Positions 41,377-53,610 of a stretch of 64,000 nt of DNA are shown in pieces. The translations under genes were made by a program, and so were the position numbers. Source of the stretch: Chiloscyllium plagiosum (Eukaryota); the NCBI RefSeq assembly GCF_004010195.1, contig NC_057713.1, positions 41,783,555 through 41,847,554 of the forward strand. Reading direction: 5' to 3'. Under the pieces are notes generated by a model. It did not search any database and was not told the origin of the DNA. It was given only the letters and a program-made list of their open reading frames with translations. How positions within the stretch are numbered: position 1 is the stretch's first letter; each line of letters opens with the position of its first letter.

Positions 41377-42275
41377 TGTGACCCTGACGGAAGAGTGCAC
41401 TGAATATCAAGCCTCAATTTTCCAAAAAGCTGTCACAAATGTATAAATTACAAAATGAATCACTGAGATGGTTAGTTTGTCTAGCATTGATCACTACCTA
41501 AAATAAAAGAAACTCACATCAGGTTTTATTAACAAACAAGGTAACAAAATACATGTGTTATAAACAAAGTTTCCTTTAACAAGTGGCAAAATGGATTATT
41601 AAGTATTATTTTGCATATTGAAACTGTACAATCTTTAAATCCTAACACTCACATTCATTCATTTACAAACAGGATGGGCAAAACAGAGAATTTTGCAGAA
41701 GTATTATGTGTGAGTAAAAACAAATCACAAATTAAGAGTCCAAATCACAAGAGTGAAATTAGGTGACTTGCTCACAGTTCTTTTGAGTTTTGGTGGTTAT
41801 TTTATGCTTTTGTTGACTACAGTGATCCTCAACTTAGTAGCTGGGCAGTTGGACCTAGGTTATTGCATAAGTTAGGAGATAATCTTTTGAAAGTGTTTGA
41901 GTGCTGCTTTTTTTTCTGTTAGAGGAGGACACAGAGAGACACCTATCTTCACTTGCAGACTACCTGGAGTTTTGAGTGCATTTACTCCTCAGATTTACAA
42001 CAAAATGCAACTTAAAACAAATCCAAAAGCTGTTGCTGGCCAGTTTTATTTTCAATCAAAAGGCATTAGATTCACAAAAGTATCAAATTCACCTTCTCAA
42101 AAACGTTACATGATCTTGTTTTTAACCAGTAAGTAAAAGCCACAGTTTTACATCTGACCTTCAAAATGCAAAAACAAAAACAGTGGACCCTTCTCTGCAA
42201 TACAGCCATGTCCAAATTTCAATTTTCCAGCTTTACATTTCCAAAGAAAATACATGCAGTGTGTACATTGTGACA
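41377..42275. mobile_element. Possible solo LTR
   Basis: Bounded by TGTGAC...TGTGACA and non-coding. Family not recognised. Confidence 0.3.
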
Positions 42276-43474
42276 ACTCTATTATTTCTTGTGTGCATTT
42301 TTTGGTGCTGTTTCACTGCATTAATCCTGAAGCCTTTCACCTGAGTTAATTGGAAGTTAGACATTTAGGTAGCCAGTGTGTTCATCTAGCTACTTATGCT
42401 AGTGTCTACAGCCAGTAAAATTGTGAGCTTGACTTTCCAATTAAAATATTTTGTATTTCAGTGTGTGCAAAGGCCAAAATAGGCTAAACTATCGATTTAA
42501 ATCTTTCACAATATTTTCAGTTTTGGTTATGAAATTATCAACAGGCTCATCCAATTCCTGCCTCAGGCCTTGAAATTGACTGGTTGGTCCTGAAATTTAC
42601 AACATTTTCTTTTAAGATGCCTTTAATGAAGCTACTTAATGACAGTCTGCACTTTGTTGAAATTTCTCAAAACTTCATAGACACTGTTAGCCTCCCATTT
42701 CTTTGCTGTCCAGAGATTTGGCGACAGTCAGTGCTGCGGCTCTATAGCAACCAATTGGGGGTATATAGTAACACAGTTAGCAAGATATGCACACATCAAT
42801 ATTAGATCAGGGCATTTACTGTCAGGGGCTGTCAATTAGGTCACTCAAGGGTGTGGGCTATCAACAGTCCATTGGGTTTATCCACAGAAACTCAAGAACA
42901 TGGGGTGAGGGTATGGGGGTTGGGGTGGGGGTGGGGGGTATATGCTATGGGACAGTGACCAAGGAACCTATTCTTTGAGAGTGGGGACTGAAAGCAGGGG
43001 AAAGGAGGAGAAGACAATTAAGAAGTAGACGGCGACAGTATTTGCTAAGGTGAGACTATGGTAAAACATGAATGGGAAGGGAGGGAAATTCATCCACAGT
43101 TGAGGGGGGAACATGTTCATTTCATGTGGCAGGGGCTGGGAGGAAATGTTGGCAAGTGCATGGCTCATGTAGATGGGCTGGATGGGAACCTAGGGAGGTG
43201 TAAGGCCTATGGCATTCACAGGATGGGGACCTGGATGGTCATGGCCTTGCTAATATGTAGAAGTGTTGGCTGGAAGCTAATAGCCAAAGAATGCTCATCA
43301 GATAGAAATTCAAAGTACACAACGTAAAAGAAAATGGCTGAGACCAAACTCAAAGTGAGTGTGGTGTTATCAACCTGTGAGTCAGGGGCTGCAGGACCCA
43401 CCATCGTGAGGTCCATGAAAGGAATAAAATATCACACATGGAACTGACCTGCAAGGTCCCTAAACCTGACAATT

Positions 43475-43602
43475 CAAATGATGAAGGACTCTTGCCCAAA
43501 ACTTTGATTCTCTTGCTCCTCGGATGCTGCCTGACCTACTGTGATTTTCTAGCACCCACTCTCAACTCTGATCTCCAGCATCTGCAGCCCTCACTTTCTC
43601 CT
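43475..43602 (+). repeat. PLE terminal-repeat fragment with a decayed hammerhead
   Basis: ATGATGAAGGACTCTTGCCCAAAAC followed by the same downstream sequence as 46745-46838. Confidence 0.7.
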
Positions 43603-43619
43603 GGGTATGTCCATTACCA

Positions 43620-44292
43620 ATAAGAAACAATCTAACCACCAGGACCCAGGGGTTATCATTGACCAGAAAGTCAACTGGACTCACCACATAAACACTGTGG
43701 CTACAAGAGCAGGTCAGAGGCTAGGAATACTGTGGTGAGTAAGTCACCTCCTGACTCCCCAGAGTCTGTCCACCATCAATAAGGCACAAGTCAGGAGTGT
43801 GGCATATTTCCCATTTGCATGGATGAGTGCAGCTCCAACAACACTCAAGAAGCTTGACACCATTCAGGACAAAGCAGCTTGCTTGATTGGTACTGCATCT
43901 ACAAACATCCACTTCCTCCACCACCAAGGCTTAATATTATTGCAGCAGTGTGCACTATCTACAAGATGCACTGCAGGAGTTCACCAAAGATCCTCAGACA
44001 GCACCTTGCAAACCCACAACCACTTCTATCTAAAAAGGCAAGGGGAGCAAATATATGGGAACACCATCACCTTCAGATTCTCCTTCAAGCCACTCATCAC
44101 CCTGACTTGGAAATATATCACCATTCCTTCGCTGTCGCTGGATCAAAATCCTGGAATTCCTTCCCTAATGGCATTGTGGACTACAGCAGCTCAAAAACGC
44201 AGCTCACCACCACTTTCTCAATGGCAGCTGGGGAAGGGCAATAAATACTAACCAGCCAGCAATGCCCACATCCCACAAATGAACAAATGAAA
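43620..44292 (+). mobile_element. CR1/L2-group LINE 3' end
   Basis: AWMSAAPTTLKKLDTIQDKAACLIG; A-rich tail. Confidence 0.7.
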
Positions 44293-45256
44293 AAAAATCT
44301 AATGCTGTTCCTCAAGCAAGACCCTGGACCGTTCACTTTCAAGACAGACAGAAAGAAAGAAACTCTTCATTCTCGTTTGTATTTTTCAATACTTTGATGG
44401 GTCTGAGGAATAGACTGGCATTTTTGTGGCCATCAATGTGGCTCCAGGATGATATGTTGCCACCCTGGTTTCAGGGTCAAGGATGTCACAGAGCAGTCAC
44501 AAGACGTTTTTTTAGAGGGAGGTTGAACAGCAAGAAGTTATGGTCCATGTTTGTATTAATGACTTAGGTAGGAAAAAAGATGTAGTCCTACAATTGCAAT
44601 TTAGAGAGCTACGTAGAAACCTAGCAAGCAGGACCACAAAGGTGATCACCTCTGGATTACTCCCATTGCCATGTGCAAGCAAGTACAGAAAATGATTTGG
44701 ATAGATTGTTGGCACTTAAAGTTGACAAGACACTGCAACTGGATGAGATGCCAACAAGAAGTTTGAAGGAAATGACAGTAGGACTTACGGGGGCACTGCC
44801 CATTATATTTCAGTCTTCCCTGGAGTCTAGGAAGGTGCCAGAAAACTGGCTGACTGTGAACATTACACCCTCCTTTAAGAAAGGTAGTCAGGTTAATCTC
44901 AGCAATTACAGACCAGTTAGCTTATCGTTAGTGGTGGGAAAACATCTACAAACAATTATTCAGGATAAAAATAGTAAGCACATAGGAAAAGGTGGGTTGA
45001 TTACGGTAGAATCAGAACAGATTTCTAAAGGACAAATCATATTTAACTAACTTGCTGGAATTTTCTTTTGAAAAGGTAACAGAAATGGGCAATAAAGGTA
45101 ACACTGTTGATGTGATATACCTGGATTTTCAGAAGGAGTTTAATATAGTGTTACATATAAGAAAGATGGGAAGGAAAAAACAGAGAACTATAGAACTATG
45201 ACATCAGCGGTGGGCAAGTTGTTGGAAGGAATTCTGAGGGACAGAACTTACATATA

Positions 45257-45413
45257 TAGAGGAACCCCAATTATCTGAATTTCAGAATATCGGAACAAGA
45301 TTGCAAGGTGTCGATGCTTGGCTAAACGATATAATCCGGTCGATTATCTGGCATTCAGTTAACTGAATGAAATATTCACTGCCCATGTCCTTTGGATAAT
45401 TGAGGTTCCTCTG
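45257..45413. mobile_element. Tc1/mariner-type MITE with TA duplication (partial relative at ~25820-25893)
   Basis: TIRs TAGAGGAACCCCAATTATC / GATAATTGAGGTTCCTCTG, flanked by TA; interrupts the CR1 at a TA. Confidence 0.8.
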
Positions 45414-45591
45414 TATTTGGAAAGGCAAGAACTAATTAGGCTTTGTCAACATGGCTTGTGCATGGGAAATTGTGTCTCACTAATCTGATGGAATGTTTTG
45501 AGGAAGTGACAAAGAGGATTGATGAAGGCAGAGTGGTGGAGGTGGTCAATATGGACTTCAGTAAGGCATTTGACAAGGTTCCGCATGGTAG

Positions 45592-45737
45592 ACCTGGACA
45601 GTCCCCGACCTCAAATTCACCTGGACAGTCCCCGACCTCAAATTCACCTGGACAGACCCCGACCTCAAATTCACCTGGATAGTCCCCGACCTCAAATTCA
45701 CCTGGACAGTCCCCGACCTCAAATTCACCTGGACAGT
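45592..45737 (+). repeat. 27-bp tandem repeat, ~5.4 copies
   Basis: Unit ACCTGGACAGTCCCCGACCTCAAATTC. Confidence 0.95.
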
Positions 45738-46841
45738 CTCAGATTCCTCCCTCCCCTTCCTCGACCTTTCTATTTCTATCTCAGACGACCGAATCAACAC
45801 GGACATCTACTACAAACCAACCGACTCCCACAGCTACCTGGACTACACCTCCTCTCATCCTGCCCCCTGTAAAAACGCCATCCCATGCTCCCAATTCCTT
45901 CGACTCCGCCGCATCTGCTCCCAGGAGGACCAGTTCAAAATACGTACAACACAGATGGCCCCCTTCTTCAAGGACCGCAATTTCCCCCCCGACGTGGTCG
46001 ACGATGCCCTCCACCACATCTCTTCCACTTCCCGNNNNNNNNNNNNNNNNNNNNNNNNNNNNNNNNNNNNNNNNNNNNNNNNNNNNNNNNNNNNNNNNNN
46101 NNNNNNNNNNNNNNNNNNNNNNNNNNNNNNNNNNNNNNNNNNNNNNNNNNNNNNNNNNNNNNNNNNNNNNNNNNNNNNNNNNNNNNNNNNNNNNNNNNNN
46201 NNNNNNNNNNNNNNNNNNNNNNNNNNNNNNNNNNNNNNNNNNNNNNNNNNNNNNNNNNNNNNNNNNNNNNNNNNNNNNNNNNNNNNNNNNNNNNNNNNNN
46301 NNNNNNNNNNNNNNNNNNNNNNNNNNNNNNNNNNNNNNNNNNNNNNNNNNNNNNNNNNNNNNNNNNNNNNNNNNNNNATGGGCTAATGCCCGAAACGTCG
46401 ATTCTCCTGTTGCCTAGATGCTGCCTGACCTGCTGCGCTTTTCCAGCAACACATTTCCATCTCTGATCTCCAGCATCTGCAGACCTCACTTTCTCCTCAA
46501 AGATTTCAACCTACTGCGAATCCTCTTACAAGGATGCCTTCCTTGAAGGAGCTCTCTTTCTCCCTCTACAAAGGTTTCAGTGAGTCCCTCTCTCACTGCA
46601 CCCCCCAGGTCATCTCCTCTGCACAGAAGCTCTTCAGACCTATTTCCGACGCCCCTCCCCCAAGTCCCTCCTCCCTATCTTTTATCTTAGCCTGCTGGAC
46701 CAACTTTCCTCATTCCTGAAGAAGGGCTAATGCCCGAAACGTCGATTCTCCTGTTCCCTAGATGCTGCCTGACCTGCTGCGCTTTTCCAGCAACACATTT
46801 CCATCTCTGATCTCCAGCATCTGCAGACCTCACTTTCTTCC
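45594..46841 (+). mobile_element. 5'-truncated Penelope-like element with tandem terminal repeats; contains gap 46035-46377
   Basis: RT C-terminal PDLKFTWTVSDSSLPFLDL..DIYYKPTDSHSYLDYTSSHP..SQFLRLRRICS. Direct repeats ~46380-46495 and ~46724-46838. TSD CATGGTAGAC at 45584-45593 and 46842-46851. Confidence 0.88.
46712..46747 (+). ncRNA. Minimal hammerhead ribozyme motif (second family)
   Basis: ATTC-CTGAAGA-A-GGGC-TAAT-GCCC-GAA-ACGT-C-GATT. Complete core; short stem I with one mismatch. Confidence 0.75.
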
Positions 46842-48232
46842 CATGGTAGACTGATTAGCAAGGTTGGATCACACGGAATGCAGAGAGAACTAGCCATTTG
46901 GATCCATAACTAGCTCGAAGGTAGGAGACAGAGAGTGGTGGTGGAGGGTTGCTTTTCGGACTGGAGATCTGTGACCCGCTGCATGCCGCAAGGATTGGTG
47001 TGGGGCCCACCGCGTTTTGTCATAAATATCAATGATTTGGATTAGTAAGTTGACAGAAGACACCAAAATCAGTGCTGTAGTGGGCAGCCAAGAAGTACAA
47101 TGAGATGGACTGAGGAGTGACAAATGGAGCTTAATTTAGATATATGCAGGGTGCTGAATTTTGGTAAGGCAAATCACGGCAGGATTTACACAATTAATGT
47201 CCTGGAAAGAGTTGCCGACCAAAGAGACCTTGGAGTGCAGGTTTATAGTTCCTTGAAAGTGGAGTTACAGGTAGACAGGATAATGAAGAAGGTGTTTGGT
47301 ACACTTGCATTTATTGATCAGTGCATTGAGTATAGGAGTTGGGGGGGGTCACCTTGCGGCTGTACAGAACATTGGCTTGGCCATTTTTGGAATATTGCGT
47401 GCAATTCTGGTCTCCCAGCTGTAGGAAAGATGTGAAACTTGAAAGGGTTCAGAAAAGATTTGCAAGGATGTTGGCAGGGGTTAGAAGGTTTGAGCTATAG
47501 GGAGAGACCGGGGCTATTTTCCCTGGAGGTCGGAGGCTGAGGGGGAGATCTTATACAAGTTCATAAAAATCATAAGATAGCGTGAACAGCCAAGACCTTT
47601 CCCCCATGGTAGGGGAGTCCAAAACTAGAAGGTATAGGTTTAAGGAGAGAGGGGAAACTTTTTCACACAGAGGTTGGTGAATGTATGAAACGAGCTGCAG
47701 TAGGAAGTGGAGGAGGCTGGTAGACTTACAACATTTAAAAGGCATCTGGATGAGTAAATGAATAGGAAGTGTTTGGAGGGTATGGGCAAATACTAGAATA
47801 ATTTAGGATGTCTGGTTGCCATGGATGAGTTGGAAGGAAGTTGTATGTTTCCATGCCCTCTGATTCTATGAATACAACAGACTTGCGATGAAAGTTATAA
47901 GTCATTGTACAAAAAGGACAGCAGCAATGTGATAGGAAATTCAGTAATGATCAATGGATATTCTTCAAGTTGGAGGAAGGCTTGGACTTCCATGGGATCG
48001 AACCTTTGCTTTTCCTAATATATATGTTGATATTCTACATTTTTGTGTGCATGGGGAAAATTTCTAAGTATGCAGATGACACTAAACTTGGACAGTCTAA
48101 GTCTCCAAAAGGACACTAAACAAGTTTATGGAGTGAACGGATATGTGGCAAATGATGGTCAATACAGAGAAGTGTGAGGTGATGCACTTTAGTCAAAAGA
48201 ACATTGAAAGACAATATGAAATAGGGTTTACA

Positions 48233-48430
48233 ATTCTAAAAGAAATAGGAGCAGAAAAACCTGGGTACTTATGGGCACAGATAATTGAAGGTGGTAGGAC
48301 AGGAGAACATAGAACATAGAACATAGAACATAGAAGAATACAGCGCAGTACAGGCATTCTAAAAGAAATAGGAGCAGAAAAACCTGGGTACTTATGGGCA
48401 CAGATAATTGAAGGTGGTAGGACAGGAGAA
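48233..48430. repeat. Perfect 75-bp direct duplication flanking a 48-bp LINE/SINE tail
   Basis: 48233-48307 equals 48356-48430. The insert is (CATAGAA)4-GAATACAGCGCAGTACAGGC. Confidence 0.9.
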
Positions 48431-49939
48431 GAGAGCAGTTAAAGTGTACAGTGCTCCTGGGCTTCATTAATAAGGCATAGAGTATAAGAGCTAGGAGGTG
48501 ATGTTGAACTTGTACAACATTTGTCCAATCCCAGCTGAAGAACTGTGTCACACGAAAGGAAAGCAGAGTTCAGAGATGATTTACAAGCATAGTTCCAGGA
48601 ATGAGAAACTTCAGTGATGAGGACAGATTGAAGGAACTGGGACATTCTTGTTGGAAAGAAGGCAGCTGAGAGAAAATCTGATAGAGGTTTTCAGGATCAT
48701 GAGTGGGCTGTATAGATGGGGAGAAGCTTTTCCCATTTGTAAAACAAGAAACAATGAGAAGGCATAGATTTAAAGCGATATGCAAATGATGATGCGAGAA
48801 AAACTTTATCAGACAGTTTGGATATAGAATGAACTGCCTGGAAATGTGTTGTATTCATGTTCAATTGAGGTATTAAAGATGATTTTGGATGATTATTTGG
48901 TTAAAAATGGTATTCTAGGATATGGGAATAGAGCAGGGGACTAGTACTAGATAATAGAATCAGTGTTGGCATGATGAGCCAAATGAACTCCTTTTGCACC
49001 AAAACAATTCTGTGATTTTGCTCCTATGTCTCAATGCAGTAATTCCAGTGCAGAAGAAAAAATGTGGCACCTCAAGCTGGTTATGAATAATCTAATGAAA
49101 TACTAACTATTTAGCTTCTTGAGCCTAATCTAGCATTCATTCATATGCACATCTTTATTGTGAAGTCACTAAACAAACTAAGTACATATATGGTAGCAGT
49201 GTGTCAGCATTACATAATGATAGTGCTTCTCAAACCTTTCCCACATGATCTCAATTAAGCGAGAATAGAAAATAGTCACAAATCAATGGGGTGTGGGGTG
49301 TTATGAGGGGAAAGGGCATTTGAGATTTTTGAATCAGAGCTGGCTACCTCAAAATTTCAGCTGCCCTCCTCTCCCCACCCCTACTTTGGCAAACCCTCCC
49401 ATATGGTAGTTGAATCTGAAATGGCAAAGATCAGTGTATCTTGGGCCACTTGATCTGGGGGTGCAAGGTCAGGTTACAGCAACAAGAGCTGTTAAGAAGT
49501 CGTCTACAAAAGCTTTGTTAAGTATGTGACTGAGTGCTGAGCTGTCAGCCTGAGATCTGACACCATCATTCTCAAATTTAAAATGATCATCAATTGTCGC
49601 CAGTGGAAGAGTTCCAAAATTCGACCACCCTTTGCCAGTTTCCTAATTTCACCTCCGAAAGATCTAGGTGACAAAGAGCAGGCAACTGGCGCCAGTAATG
49701 ATGCTTAATTAATGAGCTGGATGGGCTGAACGGCCTTCCTCTGCGATTGTGTGGTTGTGTTTTGTCTTCAAAACGTGGAGTAGGCTTTCCAACCAGCAGA
49801 AATTGATTATTGTCCGCCAACCCAACTTCTGCTATGTACCAAACATTTCTAACGGCGAGTTAGGTTTGAACTGGTCTCTTGTCACTGGGCACCAATAATA
49901 CCCCCCTACCCCCAAAACCATCTGACAAGTTTTACCCAC

Positions 49940-50129
49940 CATCGCTACCTGACTGCTGGTCGGCGCCACACGGCCTGCACACCATTCGGGAAATGTCAAA
50001 ATACTCTCGCTTGGTGCATTGTTGCACGGTTTGGAAAGGCAGAGAGAGGATGACGGTCTGGGTAGAGGGCAGATGTAGCAGGAGCAGCGGTGCCCAGAAC
50101 GACACTACCTCCCCAACTGTCATGGCCAT
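49940..50129 (-). CDS. TMEM67: TMEM67 (meckelin) coding exon 1: signal peptide and start of Cys-rich domain
   Basis: Reads MAMTVGEVVSFWAPLLLLHLPSTQTVILSLPFQTVQQCTKREYFDISRMVCRPCGADQQSGSD-G, matching the meckelin N-terminus (human ..FSFPFQQPEKC..YFDISALSCVPCGANQ). Phase-1 donor G|GTGGGT fits exon 2. An alternative ATG lies at 50123. Confidence 0.9.
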
Positions 50130-50379
50130 GAGCCAACCGTCACTCCACCCCGCCCCCCGGCTCTCCCACAATACACCGGGGGAGGCAGCTGGTCCTGACA
50201 GCTCTCCACTTCAATATAACCGCAATGGGAAAAAAAATGATTAAGCTTTGGTGCAGATAAAAAATATTGATTTAAACATGCAAAGCCTACTGGAGAATTC
50301 TGAACCTGAATCCACAGTATGTTTGTACAGGAAAAGGGGCCTTGATTTATTATATTTGAATACATAGCTGCCAGGACTT

Positions 50380-50451
50380 CTCCCTCCGGAGGCGGCGGAA
50401 GCGCCATCGTGTCGGTGGCTGAGGCACCAAGCGGCGGCGGCGGAGGTGGCG
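50380..50451 (+). other. RBM12B: Putative non-coding exon 1 of RBM12B
   Basis: GC-rich GGCGGC leader ending at donor CG|GTCAGT (GT 50452-50453). The 5' boundary is a guess. Confidence 0.5.
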
Positions 50452-51751
50452 GTCAGTTGGTCGGTGTGGACAGACTCCTGTCTCATTTTAACGCGGCTTT
50501 TTCTGTCCTTCCAAAGGGGTGGGTGTTGGGAAGCAGCGGTTCGTGTGCTGAGGCGTTGGGCGTCTTGCTCCTTCGGGGTCGGGTGGGAAAACCGGGCCTT
50601 TGCTGCAGAGGAGCGAGTCCGTACTGGGGCGGTGGAGTTTGGAGAGTGAATGTAGTAGAACTGTGGGCCAGGCCATTTACCTCATTGTCGCTTAGATTTT
50701 TTTCCTTTCGCTTGCAGCTCCCGCCCGCTCTAAGCCTTTTTTTTGTTCAGCGGGCTACGTCCTGAACACATTGAATCCTTAGATAGGTTAGGTTCACCCC
50801 GCTCCACCTTAGTTGTCTCTCTTTCATCTCGGCGATCTGCAACTTAAATAGGCGAAAACTTAAAAATATGGGAGGAACAAAACACTTAAATGATTATATG
50901 TGGGAGACGTTTGAGTTTTGATTTAATTCTTTCAGTATGGCATAAGTTTGAACAGTTCCCGATAATGTTGTGAAGAGCCTTCTTTATCCAGTTAGCTTTA
51001 TTATCACACCCATAATTTGAATGCAGTTTTCCCAGGCAAATAAGTATATTTGAATAAGAAATGCTTTATCAAAGGAAAAAGCTTTATTATATATTGGTTT
51101 CAATCGCCATAATCGCTAATTTAGAAATGTGTGTGTAGTCGGTGATTTTGACCTGCAAAAGCATTGAAGCGTTTCTGATGTACTTCCTTTTAATCCATTG
51201 CTTTGCTGGCACCATCTCTTGAATTTCCTGCTGAACCCCTCTACCATTTCAGACTCCTGAAGATTCTTCTTAAAACTTAAATCTTTGACTTAAGCTTTAA
51301 TCAATTGCCTAAAGTAGTTTGATAAACTTCTGATAATACTGGTCATTTTCACAGAATGTTTGAGATTTTTATTATTTTTATCATTTCTAGGAAAGAAGAA
51401 TCATTGGTTTAACACTCAGAGCCGTTATCAACTTTTAAATCAGCACTTGCTATATCTGTACCAGTGGGAATGTTATGTTCTCTAATTTAACAAAGTTGTA
51501 GCCTACTGTAAATGCATTTTTTTCTGTTATAGAAAATATTCACAAATCGATGAAATGACAGAGGCTATTTACTTTGTGTTAAGTCATTAAAGATTCTTTT
51601 GAATTTGAAAATTGATTTGGTTCATGCAATTTTGGTGTGGAATGACTTTATTGAAATGTTTTAATTAGTAAAGTTTGTTCAGTAGCAGGTGCTTGAAAAT
51701 CATAGCTTGATAATCCCAACATTATTTTGATTCTAATTGCATTTATTACAG

Positions 51752-51838
51752 GTTTGATCTTGTTCATTTTTTTTCTTGCAGCTATAGAATTGATTGTAAC
51801 GAACTTATTCGTGTGTCTTAAAAGAAACCTTTTTACAG
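51752..51838 (+). other. RBM12B: Putative non-coding exon 2 of RBM12B (alternative acceptor gives start 51782)
   Basis: CTAAT branch-like motif at ~51733; acceptors tttattacag (ends 51751) and T-rich cttgcag (ends 51781); donor CAG|GTTAGT after 51838. Confidence 0.5.
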
Positions 51839-53610
51839 GTTAGTGTTATACAAATGGTAGGTGACTGAAAATTGTCTAACTGGGATAGACTACTAATCTT
51901 TTATTGTCATGCAACACTGACTTTTTTTTAGTTTTTTTTATTACAAATGTTGTGATTCAGTTATGAATAGTAACTTCTAAACCAAAGGGAAAGTGAAAAT
52001 AAAGTTTTCTTAAATGTATCAATTTCCAAGCAGCTGCATGTGTAGGAATTTGTCACTGCATACCAAGCTGCAGAGCACTTGCATTTCCTGTGCATTACAA
52101 TTTCTGTGTTTTAATGCATCCGATTATGAAGCAATAATTAGAAAAATCTGTGTTCACTAAACTTCTGATGTTAAATATACTTTACAATGCAGGATTAATA
52201 TTTAATTTTGTCCTGCATAGTATATTTAAGAGCTTTTTTTTCCTGGTTTACTATTATAATTAATTAACAAGTTGCCAAAAAAATTTAAATCTGACCTTTT
52301 GGTTCTTGCAATTGAGTTATTCAGACTGTACACTGCTGTTTAGTCCAATGCATTGGAGTAATCTGAACTTCTGTCCAGAGTGCATAATGTTTTTTTTTGC
52401 AACTGTTGCTGTAATTTTGCTTTATTACAGAGTTATGTGCATTATTCCTATTGCCCATAGTGCTAACTAGTATTTCAATCAGTATCCGTTTTCTGAACAG
52501 ATAGTGAGAGTCTGTGTATTGTCCATTATGGATTAGTTAAAAATGTACATATTTTTCAATCCAAAACTATCACTTTCTATCTCCTTTATGGAACAAAGTC
52601 ATAAGCCTAAGGACTGTTACTTCAAAAGAATCGAGATGTTTTGAATGCAAATACTATATTCTTAGCTGAACCTGCATTTGAGATGCTACAGAATCAAGTC
52701 TACTGTACCTGATAGCTTTGCGAAAACATTAATATTGTGATCTACCTGAAAGAACCATCTTTGAGATGAAATAATTTATTTCTCAACTGGACTGCTGAAT
52801 TATGTGCAGTAGTGGATTTTTCAGTTTGCCTGGAGTTAGTTACAGTTTGAAAATGCCCCAGTGTGGATTTTACGGTTTGAATTTGCTTCATATCTGCAAT
52901 CGTTTGCATCAGAGTTCAGAGGAATACTTGAAAGGAAAAGAAAATTTGGGTTACTAGCTTGATTGTTTTTGAGAATACAATAAATAGGATTTGTCCATTC
53001 CTGGTGTGAAGTTATTTGACAGAGATGGATTACATATGGGAGAAAAGATGTGATGGACTCTTTACATAAAAGATCATGGTTGCAGTTTTGGGCTAATTTC
53101 AGATGAATTTTAATCCTAGGTCCTTTTTACATTCCTTGTTTGGAGAAGGAATAATGCAGTACTAGTAAGTTGCACTTACTTGGACAGCAGTTTTGAACTT
53201 TGATCTATCATCTTATTTCAAGATGAATTCCACTGAGGTGCTGTGGCTGAGTTAAAACGCCTCATCGATTTTTCACATTAAAGACAATTTCAGTCATTAT
53301 CAAATCTTGTGGAGAGCTGTTGTGGATTGGAGGATATCTTCAGAACTTTTCGAAACTACTTTAGTGTATTTGGTGGTTTGAGTTGGGAGTTTGAGATTTG
53401 ATGGTTATACTTTTTGAATTGAAGGTCAATGTTTAAACCAATTTGTGCTGAGTAAGAAGAATCTGTTTTATTCTTACAAATAAGTCAGAAATGCTAATTT
53501 TATTATATTTGGAAGTTAATGCAGTATCCAGAACCTTTTTGATATAATTTGACGTCATCCTGTGTGCCTTTCTTGCCTGCAGGTAACATTTTCTATTGGT
53601 AGAGTTCAGC

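Larger units (their letters stand above)
44675..49020 (+). mobile_element. Older CR1 (~44675-45160 and ~47880-49020) containing a younger CR1 (~45160-47870)
   Basis: Two interleaved sets of CR1 RT motifs (KVPENW..NYRPVSL; DFSKAFDKVPHG) and two 3' tails (~47865 and ~49015). Confidence 0.8.
49930..50790. promoter_or_regulatory. CpG island / putative bidirectional promoter of TMEM67 and RBM12B
   Basis: Locally CpG/GC-rich in an AT-rich window and located between divergent genes. Contains GCGGAAG (ETS-like) followed by GCGCCATC (YY1-like) at ~50395-50408. Confidence 0.75.

Noticed and set aside
45592-45737. Regular repeat resembling a CRISPR array
   Set aside because: There are no unique spacers; it is a head-to-tail tandem of PLE RT sequence in a vertebrate genome.
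50110-50140. RFX X-box expected at a ciliary gene promoter
   Set aside because: No convincing match to GTTNCCATGGNAAC was found.
50718-50786. Possible extra RBM12B 5' UTR exon (cttgcag|..ATAG|gttagg)
   Set aside because: The splice-like motifs are plausible but have no other support.
53596-53610. ORF-track start 5 codons upstream of RBM12B
   Set aside because: It is a non-ATG start; the conserved family N-terminus MAVVIRLQGL begins at ATG 53611.
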